A stretch of DNA of 54,941 bases, the filler included, from Sphacelaria rigidula (Eukaryota): the NCBI GenBank assembly GCA_964200075.2. It is 6 parts of 6 records of this genome, joined end to end, with 100 filler letters (N's around TTAATTAATTAA, not from the genome) between each part and the next. Parts side by side here need not be neighbours in the genome. Positions count along the whole stretch, not along the records: positions 45,869 to 54,941 come from CAXNAA020009370.1; 5 more parts are not named here. One strand, written 5' to 3'. The notes below the pieces were generated by a model. The model searched no databases, was not told where the DNA came from, and saw nothing but the letters and a program-made list of their open reading frames with translations. Every line of letters begins with the position of its first letter. Positions within the stretch are counted from its first letter, which is position 1. Positions 46,274-54,941 of the stretch are shown here, one piece after another. Made by a program: the position numbers and the translations under genes.

Positions 46274-47225
46274 GCCGGGCAGTACTTTTACAAGTACTCG
46301 AAAATGCAAGTAATGGAGCTGTCAGACATACTCAGCCCTCCGTTCATGTTATCAGCAGGGTACCTACCGGACTCCCGAAAACAGGGACGTACCCTACACC
46401 GTGTTCTGAGACTCTTGTTGAGAGTTGTTGACCGCAAGTCAGAGAAACCGAGCTGATGTGGAAGACATGATCCACTGAAGCAGCGGAGTTTCAAAGTTTT
46501 ACCCGGAGAAGAACCGCCCCCCAAACCTTTGAAAAAATGGGGGTGTAGGGGAACGATCAGCCCAATAATGACTGAATATCACCAAATGAGTTAGCTTAGG
46601 TCACTCCAGAGGCATTTGGACTAAGGTTCAAGCTCATGAAAGTAGGACGGCGTGGGCACTGCGCCCAGTTGGCAGGGGTTTTTAGCGGGTTCAACCCCCA
46701 CAGTGCCTTGAGCAAAGTTTTCCGAACGCTCGAGGCGCCTACGCCACATGACTGCCGCAAGGCGGTCTAGCCGAGCCTCCGGGTAATCAGCGTACGAACC
46801 CGCTTGCGGGGTGATTGTTGGGTGAGCCTTCCCCCTTTCTTCAAGGAAAAGAAAGGTGGAAGTATGTCAGAGCTTTTTTAGCGTGGTTTTCGCTAGCGTG
46901 CATAAACATTTTCACAGGGCCGAAATAAAGGAGGGAGGGACGTGGTGACGGAAATGAGAGATGCGCAGCCCCTTGGAGAAAACAAACAAACAAGCTATTT
47001 AGCGGATTCATCTACGACGTACTCGACTCACTAAAGATGCATATCTTTTGCTCGCGTGACATCGCACATTATTCTCTTCCCATCGTGCGCTCGGACTACT
47101 CCATCACGACTCCCTTGTGTGAGGCACGTCCCCTGGTATAGATATTCCCCACCCCCGAAAGACAACTTTTTTTACCTGCGGAAAAGACTAGAACAACAAA
47201 TTGCGTCCCGGTGGGGTGGTTTACA

Positions 47226-47416
47226 AGGCCCCGTCTTAGCACATGAGTTTTTGATCGAAATTGTGCGGTGGAAAGCAAAAATCCCGATCTGACAGGTCGT
47301 GATTTCAACCATCGTCATTAATTTTGAAGATGGTTGAAATCATGGCTTATCAGATCGGGATTTTTGTTTTATACCGCACTTTTTCCATCGAAAACTCATG
47401 TGCTAAGAGAAGCCCT
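47226..47416. mobile_element. Palindromic MITE family P, copy 1
   Basis: tcttagcacatgagtttt ... aaaactcatgtgctaaga. Homologue at 53161-53356, more distant relative at ~54050-54235. Confidence 0.8.
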
Positions 47417-47418
47417 AA

Positions 47419-47545
47419 TAATCCTTTTGGAACACACTGACGATTTTTATTTTCGTGAATCGGCATCATTTTGACTCGAAAATGACTGAAAATGATGCCG
47501 ATTTAGAAAAATAAAAATCGTCAGTCGGTTCCAAAAAGGTTTTAA
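47419..47545. mobile_element. Small palindromic MITE (possibly TTAA/piggyBac-like)
   Basis: ccttttggaac..actgacgatttttatttt / aaaaataaaaatcgtcagtcggttccaaaaagg. A relative lies at 49602-49749. Confidence 0.65.
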
Positions 47546-48067
47546 TGGTCCAACGGAACGCCGGTTCGATTTCCCCAAATAGGTTTTTTTTTCTGCTTCC
47601 TTAGAAAAGATATCTCATATTGTGCCGTTGAAATCGTGAGGACGAGAGCAGACAAATGGAGAATGACTTGAGTCCATTTGACGAGAGTTCACCCGGCGCG
47701 GGAGTGTTTGGTCATGATCTAATGGTCAATACGAAATTTCCATAGCGTGTACGGTACCGGGGAAGAGTTGGGCTTGATCCTCGAGACTGCGGATTCATTC
47801 CGAGGAAGGGGAGGGATTAAAAAAAGTGTGTACACCCTGGAAGATGACATTAGATTAAATGGTCAAAAAGTGTACTGGGTACACTGTCGACCATCCATAC
47901 TGTACTACGCAGTACACTCTTCTTTTAAAAATGCAATCGATCGTCCAGGGCGTGAAAGGGTGACGAAAAACAAAAAGAGCTGTGCGGATCCCAGCGAGGC
48001 GCGCATTCTCGAAAAAAAAGAGCACAGTACAGGCTGGGCCGCCCAAGAAGCCACCAGGAATGTTGAA

Positions 48068-48682
48068 ACGCATTTTCTTCGTTTAATTTTGGATTGTTTT
48101 CAATGAAATTTTGACACGATGTACAGGGCGTATGTGCGAACACCTCACCTTCCCTCCCCTGTGTTTGTTTTTGTTTTCTTCCTGAGTTTTTGGCAATTTT
48201 GTCCTGTAAAAAACTGTTCTGAAATATTTCTTCGCCAATAACTCACGGAGAAAAAAAACAAAAACAGGGGATGGAAGATGAGGTGTTCGCACATACGTCC
48301 TGTACATCGTGTCAAAATTTCATCGAAAACGATCCAAATTGAGCGAAGAAAATGCGTCATTTCGTCGACAAGCGGTTTCTACAGTGTATGGAGATGGACC
48401 AGTTACGAATAATTCCAACGCATTTCCTGGGCCCAATTTTGGATCGTTATCGATGAAATTTTGACACGATGCACAGGACTTATGTGCAACTACCGAACCT
48501 TTCCTCCTATGTTTTTTTGTCCTTCTGCGTGAGTTATTGGCGATTTTGTTCCGGAAAAAATGTTCTGAAATGTTCCGTCGCCAATAACTCACGAAAAAAA
48601 GGAAAAAAAACACACGGGAGGAACGAAGGGGTGTTTGCACATACTTCCTGTACATCATGTCAAAAATTCACCGAAAACGACT
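48068..48682. repeat. Two tandem foldback units (~290 and ~260 bp)
   Basis: Each has atgaaattttgacacgatg ... catc(g/a)tgtcaaaat inverted arms. Units lie at 48068-48357 and ~48418-48682. Confidence 0.82.
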
Positions 48683-49015
48683 GAGTATTGAGCTCGGGAA
48701 TCGTGCCACAGCTTTTGCGGCACCACGCGGCACAAAACTGACTGTAACCGAAAATCTAATCTCAGCCGTTCTCTTTTGGCTGATTCCGCCGCACATAGTA
48801 CCCTCAACTCAACTCTCTACACTTTCGCACTTGATTACAGTTTGGTATTTCGTTTGATGAAACCTTGTCGGATCGCAGTGCTACATGGATTTGAAGATGC
48901 ACGCTGATTTGCCGATTACCACGACGTGTTATAGTGGGCACAACTCGCGATACATCGTTAGTTAGAACGGGCTGAAGGAAAGTGAGCTTCTTGGGCGCCC
49001 AGCCTGTACCCCACT

Positions 49016-49285
49016 ATTTTTTTTTCTCATTTTTTCGGCATACACTTTGCTTCTCCACTACCATTACCTCAGAGCGAGTCCGTGGTCTCCAGGTTATATA
49101 TATACCCACCCACCCGTCATTCCTTCGACATGTGCCTGATATTTTGCTATCGAGGCGGATTGGATTATGACGACCAACACGCCCGATTTTCTTCGGTTCC
49201 TCGCGTTCTCATGGTTTCAATAACAGAATCCAGATATATCGAAATGAAAAGACCCAATATACGTCGGAATTCAAATCCGTAATCG
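49016..49285 (-). mobile_element. Diverged SINE related to family B
   Basis: T-rich tail, with gagtccgtggtctc and ctcgcgttctca motifs shared with family B. Confidence 0.5.
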
Positions 49286-49305
49286 TCCACACTGTGGAAA
49301 AAAGG

Positions 49306-49460
49306 TTGTGTGTCGTCATCCCATCTATTCTGGACTCCAGTCTACACCTTCCGGTAAATGTGGGCGCGTCAGCTGGGGTCACACAGGAGGAAGGCCAACC
49401 CAGAAGTTAATTTTCCTTAATTTTTCGTTTTGTTTCAGTACTCCACCTTCCTTCTGTGCT
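49306..49460 (-). mobile_element. 3' fragment of SINE family S
   Basis: tgtgtgtcgtcatcccatctattctgg...cacacaggaggaagg is the reverse complement of the family S 3' end. Confidence 0.8.
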
Positions 49461-50057
49461 GCACGATATACTACACTGTAAAAAAACGTACTGCGTACAG
49501 TATAGGATATATCGTCATTTTCCACGGTATGCAATTTTTTGGCCCATTGTAGCTGGCTTCCAGCGAGACCACCCGAGCGCGACGTGGATATATACTCATC
49601 TTTGACCTTTTGGGAACTAGAACCCCAAGAACTGCTGATTTTTGTTCTTGTGAATCGACATTATTTTCAGTAGTTTTCGAGTCAAAATGATGCCGATTGA
49701 CTAAGATTCACAAAACAAAAATCAGCAGCTGAGTTCCCAGAAAGGTTAAAAATAAACTGTTCCGAAATGACCATCACATGGGAGCAGTATTGAACAAGGA
49801 TCCACTTAACACTTGACAAAATCTACGTGCACACAGAGCACAAAAAAAAAAACGGTTGTCGAAATCACCCACTCTTTTATCACGAGTTATGATGACACCG
49901 CTTGCTTTACACAAAAAATAATCAAGCAATTTTATTCATCATGAATTAAAACAAAGTTAACTAGTGCGGTGCGATGTGGATAAGATGGGTCTCGTTATTC
50001 GTCCTTTTTTTTCTTCGAATTTTCTCCCCTGCAAATTGAGAAACAATGGAATATGAC

Positions 50058-50216
50058 CTGAATCCGCCGGTTCCGGCCACTAGCCTCCTTGGACTCTCCC
50101 TGGTAGGTCACGGCAAGTAGCACCACCTCCACGGTTGTTGCCACGGCAAGCACATGCTTCACCGACTCCTGAAACACTCCCCTCTTCGGGGGCACCAAAG
50201 CCACGGTTACGATGAC
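50058..50216 (-). CDS. NUP155: Nucleoporin Nup155 exon (beta-propeller)
   Basis: atgcag|VIVTVALVPPKRGVFQESVKHVLAVATTVEVVLLAVTYQGESKEASGRNRRIQ|gt. It matches the Nup155 motif VxLVxPKxGxFxxxVxHxLxxAT, and phase 0 fits exon 51931-52113. The donor (gtcata) is weak. Confidence 0.85.
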
Positions 50217-50539
50217 CTGCATGTTCCGTGCAATGTCGGTGGGACAACAAGAGCAGCGACGAATAATAGAGACGAGAGAGGCCACAGGTGGTTTGGGGGG
50301 GGGCGTACTCATTTGTTGCTTGCCTTAGTCATTTGACCATTGACCACGCATCCCTTTCGAGACGGAGCACAGGTGGTTTGGGGGGGTTGTTTACATGACC
50401 ACCCGCAAGTTGAGCTACGAGCACAGCTCTTGATTTCTAAAGGTTCCGAAAATCGTGAAAAACGAAAAAAATGCCATACAGATATGTGTATACATTTGGA
50501 TAATTGTTGGCGAAAATTTAGGCACTGCGGTGTCCCATG

Positions 50540-50545
<6 letters not shown>

Positions 50546-50570
<25 letters not shown>
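50546..50570. repeat. (TA)n microsatellite
   Basis: Direct reading. Confidence 0.95.
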
Positions 50571-51930
50571 CTGCGAGTTTTATCGGTGCGATGTGCAGCA
50601 TCCAGCTCATCGGGTGCCGTACCCGGTGTATTGAGCGACGGAGGAGACTACCGATAAACACTTCATTTGTTGAAATAAAACGAACACGTGAGCAAAAGGT
50701 AGTCCTGAGAGTATACGGCTTACAGACAGAAGATATAAAACACGGACAACACGGGCATACCTTGATGCCTCGGCGTCGAGCGCTCTAGGGAGAAAATGCG
50801 GAAAAATGGGTCAAATGAGCTAGCTCATGGTCCGGATCGGTACACTGAGAAAAAGTAATACTCAGATAGATTGTGAGCTAGCTACCCGACGTGTGATGCA
50901 CTCGTAAGTTCGGCGGTCGATACCCCAGGTATCCATTCTAAAGCACTCGGTAACTTTCCCTGGCCACCTTTGCTGGGCTTTTCTGTTGTGCACGTAGAAT
51001 ACCGCCCCCATTCTATACCGCCCCCCTTCATATAATGCCCAGTCGACAAGTTTTCGGGGGTATTGTTTTAGGCCTCTTCTAATTTCGCTAAAATCCCCGC
51101 TTCATATGCTTTTTAGTATAAAAAGTTCGGTAGGAGCATAATCTGTAGAAGTCCATATATTTTTGCATCATTCCAGCACAGTGAAGATCCTATCGTAGTG
51201 CGGTTATGCCGGGCTGGCGGCCTACCGCACTGTACCAGGACCACCACTGTACAGGAAGAGTAACATTACTTGATATCAGTACAGATGATCGGACTCGTGA
51301 TGAGTGACTATGACCGCACTGCGGTGCTCCCCTCCCCCTCAGCCTGATCCAGCGAGAACCTGGCGTGCTCCGTCCCGGCTTTGTAGGGGTGCGAGGTCAA
51401 CGGTCCTATGACTGTGGCATGCATAATCATAGTACCCCCCCTGGAGCTACCGTACTGTACAGGGGTACGGGGTATATCACCCCCTCAGTAGCTACAACCA
51501 CATGATCGAATGGAACTTCCCCGGGTTTTCATCACTTGAATCGAGTGTGAGCACCGAGATTCGGATCTTCGGCGGGGCTGACAGTCCGGAGTGCTCCGAC
51601 CGTGAGCAGAACGCGTTTCCGTCCAAAATCGGCGCCACAGGCACCGATCGAAACTCTGCCAACGAATACCTTGCCTAGGGCACCCTTCGCACCCCCCGTT
51701 TATTCTCGGTATCCCTCGTGTTGTGGTTAGGGTTAGGGTCAGCGTTACGAAATCATAAACTTCCGAGAAACTTCTTCGAAGAGTCATTCGATCCAAGTGA
51801 TGAAATGATCTCCATGCCCTCCCCCGTAAGTGATACCTCCGAGCAGCACGTTTTGGGGTTACAAAAAGTCATCATCCAGAGATCATATATACACCGTGTC
51901 ACACGCGGTACATACGAAATACGAACGCAC

Positions 51931-52113
51931 CTGCTTCAGCTCCCGGTACTGGGTGAAATCCTGGGTGTGATAATTCCACAGGAACAGCACGTTGTCCACC
52001 GTCATCCAGGCATGGTCGATTTCTGGCAGCAGCCCCATGAAGCTCATGCACTCGACACGGTCCCGCTCGCGAGCGAGGGGCGCCGGGAGCATGGCGAACG
52101 AAGTAGGGCGAAT
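51931..52113 (-). CDS. NUP155: Nucleoporin Nup155 exon (N-terminal)
   Basis: ctgtcag|IRPTSFAMLPAPLARERDRVECMSFMGLLPEIDHAWMTVDNVLFLWNYHTQDFTQYRELKQ|gtgcgt. It contains the MGLxPEIxxAWxTxDxxLFLWNY signature of Nup155/Nup170. Confidence 0.92.
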
Positions 52114-53160
52114 CTGACAGATCAAAACAAGAAAAAAAGCAACATCGTTTTCATTCCGCTAGCTGGGCTGTACAGAGGGATGTACTCTCTCTGTCTCAAA
52201 AGTCTGGGAAGTTATGGGCGTTGAATTGTATGGGTATACCAACGTTGCCGATCATCCCATATTTTGGTTCGTTAGGAAGATGAAACGCAACCGAAGCTGA
52301 TGAAAAAATAAAGTCGTCATCAATATCAAAGTGATGTCGAAATGTGCCCATCTTGATCCTTTTTGAACCACTTATACCCCATCATTGACCGGTTTAGGAC
52401 GTTTTCATGGCGAGCACTAGCAATTGCATGCTGACAAAGTGTTGGATGGGGCGTGCGTAGGTTAACATCACGGACATGTCCAAAGGAAATGATGGTTTTG
52501 CGATCTTCACATTTTCTGGCTCATTTCCCGCGATTTTTCGTGTTCCCGGGTTTCTCATGCTACCCTGGGAAAACGAGCGAAAAATGGCCGTTTCTGGACC
52601 GACATATTTTTTCTCGGCCGCGTGGCTGCATGGGTCAAGCACCCAAGGTGTAAAAAGGATGTGGTTTTAGCTAAAAAAAAACGCCGACGAATGCCATAAG
52701 AAGATCGATAATCAAACCGGACACGGTCAAGGGGTGGCACAAACATAACTTCCCAGGCTTATGGGACAGGGGAAGTATATACTCTGGGGTATCACGTGTT
52801 TCCACCTTTTTTTTTTTCATCTCGGGCACGTCTATTTTGTGACCACGGCCAAAGATGCCTGCGGGATCACCATAGGTACGTGCGTTCTTTGTTTCAAGCT
52901 ATTTTTGTTCCTTCCTTCGCTAAACAAAAAAGCAAATCTGGAAATGAAACGGCGTCGATCCGAAGACGAAGAAACATCAGGAAATGTGGTTTTCCAAATT
53001 GACAGTTCTAATCGTTGTCATGTGCGGAAAGGCTGCTGGAAAAAAAAATGCGGTCAAAGTGCTTGCAGATTTGGTTTTAGTAGCAAAGTCTGATGTTCTT
53101 CATCATACAGGTGTGTGCCACCGTGGATGATATCGTTTGATTTGTGCACACCTTGACTAC

Positions 53161-53356
53161 GGGCGAGTGTCTTGGCACATGATTTTTCGATCGAAAATGT
53201 GCGGTGGAAACAGAAAACTCCAATCTGATAGGTTGCGACTTCTTCAATTATCGTACTGTGTTTTCAAGATGGTTGAAATCACGACCTATCAGATCGGAAT
53301 ATTTCTTTTCCACCGCACTTTTTCGACCGAAAATTGATGTGCTAAAACACGGCCTA
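53161..53356. mobile_element. Palindromic MITE family P, copy 2
   Basis: Homologous to 47226-47416. Confidence 0.8.
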
Positions 53357-53526
53357 ACTGGAAAGTTGTGGCTTCATCAGGCCCCAACAACTCTACTGTA
53401 TGTGGTTGTGCTTTGGTCGCTTCCAACACTAAAAATAGAATCTCGTCTCCGCACCCATAGACGCAGTTTGATACTATCGGCTGACATATTTTGTATTCAA
53501 CATCCAAAAATCGGACAGGGAGTTTT

Positions 53527-53960
53527 CAAGGGTCGGACGAATTGATGATTCGTCTGAAATTACTTGAGTTTAGTGTAATTGATTCGTACCCTATGAATGA
53601 ATCCTTGGGCTTTGTTTTCAGCGTTGCAACTCAGGTACGCGCAGCCCAGGCACATGGAATGGCACAAAAATTGCGTGGAGAACTTCTTGACGAGCGGTCA
53701 ACTTTCCTTTCCTCTTTCGAGCAATCAAGCCTGAAAAAATAGTGGATTTAGTGATTCGAACCGGCGATGGTTCGTCCGAACCGGGGAGAGTTTGACCGAG
53801 AATTTGGGGAGGGAGTGTTACACCAATTTGAGCTATTAGAATTGAAGGACAAAGCCCCAGTTTTTCCGCGCTCGGCAGCCTGCTCGCCGCGCTCGCCGAT
53901 ATTTTTGCGATATATGCCAATTTCATTTGATTCACTGACGCATTCTAACCGACCCCCTTT
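53527..53960 (+). mobile_element. Non-autonomous DNA element with CAAGGGTCGG terminus
   Basis: caagggtcggacgaat ... attctaaccgacccct. The homologue at 3345-3748 is on the minus strand. Confidence 0.7.
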
Positions 53961-54608
53961 TGTAGGGTTCCAGTCGTGGTCACATGATGGACGTACCCCA
54001 GGTAAAATAGATGGAAACATTGACTGAAGAAAGCGAAGAAAATAGAGATCGCGTGTTATCAAAACGTTTTGATGTTGAGAACGTGCGGTGGAATCGAACT
54101 CGCTCGTCCCTGATGATACGTCCACGGATTTCATGTTCTCAACCATCTGAGAAAATAACTGACGTGGACGTTACGTATCAGATACGAGCGAATTCGATTC
54201 CACCGCACGTTTTCGACACCAATTGTTTTTTTATAAGGAAGGGTCAGAGAGGTATAACAGAGAGTAAACAAAGTAAAGAAAAGAATGAAGAGGAAAGAGC
54301 AGAATAAAATAAATAACTAAACATGGCCGGCCTCTGTGATATTCGCCTGTACATCGGAAAATGTCGTCATATCGGCTTCGCCGATCTCTGATATATAAAC
54401 ATCATTTTGTTCATTGCTGCAGTACCGATACACAACCTTACGTAAACGAGCGTTTCGATATCTTTTTGGAAGATGGCTCGGCAATAATTTTCAACGCCGT
54501 TGTGTCTCATCTCTTGGGATTTTCAACGGCGTGCGATTCTCAAATCGATCGTGCAGTATTTTCACCTGAGAGGTAGCTATCTGGAGTTGGTCACTTGCCG
54601 TCATATAC

Positions 54609-54702
54609 CTCTGACCAGAGGAGGGATGTTGCGTCGGTGGTTGCCCGAGAATATTCTGCATCTCGACCGCGGGTCTGAACCAACGGACTATGGTATACTA
54701 TA
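54609..54702 (-). CDS. NUP155: Probable upstream Nup155 exon
   Basis: ttttcccatcgcag|t-IVYHSPLVQTRGRDAEYSRATTDATSLLWSE|gtatat. The phase-0 end joins IRPTSF and gives the Y...W...LP pattern that precedes the Nup155 MG motif. An alternative acceptor lies at 54687. Confidence 0.5.
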
Positions 54703-54880
54703 CTGCGATGGGAAAACATGAGCGCCGCCGTCACCGGAGGTACACGTGCAGTGCCCAGTCTCTCCTGCAGTGCAGCCTACTACAGTGCCAAACGTCTTTT
54801 GGGGTTCGTATTCATGTTCCAATCCGATGTGCCGCGTCGCCGAACAGGTTAGACAGAGCTACAATAGAGCATTGGAGCAA

Positions 54881-54941
54881 TGCTACGGTAGGGGTGCACT
54901 TTTTTCGCGAAATTTTGTCTGGTTCAGGGGCTCCTAACAAT
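54881..54941 (+). mobile_element. Left end of the TGCTACGGTAGGGG TIR element (cut by window end)
   Basis: Matches 35077-35140 (gaaattttgtctggttcaggggct). Confidence 0.75.

Noticed and set aside
36696-50057. Further Nup155 or eIF6 exons
   Set aside because: The expected motifs (GRIF..G.DG for Nup155; ERLSALGN for eIF6) were not found by eye, and contigs across linkers are unrelated.
51727-51738. Telomere (TTAGGG)2; similar at ~40486 and ~40652
   Set aside because: Only one or two units, internal to contigs and embedded in interspersed repeats.
52759-52780. Second complete Stowaway MITE
   Set aside because: Only a right TIR (ttatgggacaggggaag|ta) is visible, with no matching left TIR.

Overview
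This is eukaryotic, intron-rich, transposon-dense DNA, most consistent with a brown alga (Phaeophyceae, Ectocarpus-like). That assignment is inferred from gene content, intron style and repeat types. The window is not one locus. It consists of six contigs of 9074/9073 bp (1-9074, 9175-18248, 18349-27422, 27523-36595, 36696-45768, 45869-54941) joined by artificial 100-bp N44-TTAATTAATTAA-N44 linkers. Host genes appear only as exons: two phase-compatible 3' exons of a Ycf49/DUF2499-like membrane protein (+), the last exon of eIF6 (-), two or three 5' exons of Nup155 (-), and a few unassigned candidate exons. Contig 2 holds a decayed chromodomain-bearing Ty3/Gypsy element with a solo LTR inside its integrase region, plus a long, young inverted duplication. 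Contig 4 holds a spliced, partly decayed SWIM + CxC4-like + KDZ (Kyakuja-Dileera-Zisupton/HMGXB3-like) transposase gene that the ORF track does not show as a unit. Contig 5 has two paralogous ~265-nt pre-miRNA/hpRNA-like hairpins. The rest is SINEs and MITE/foldback elements, often nested, including three unrelated families sharing RACA...TGTY termini and 4-bp target duplications. All protein-family calls come from motif recognition by eye, not from database searches.
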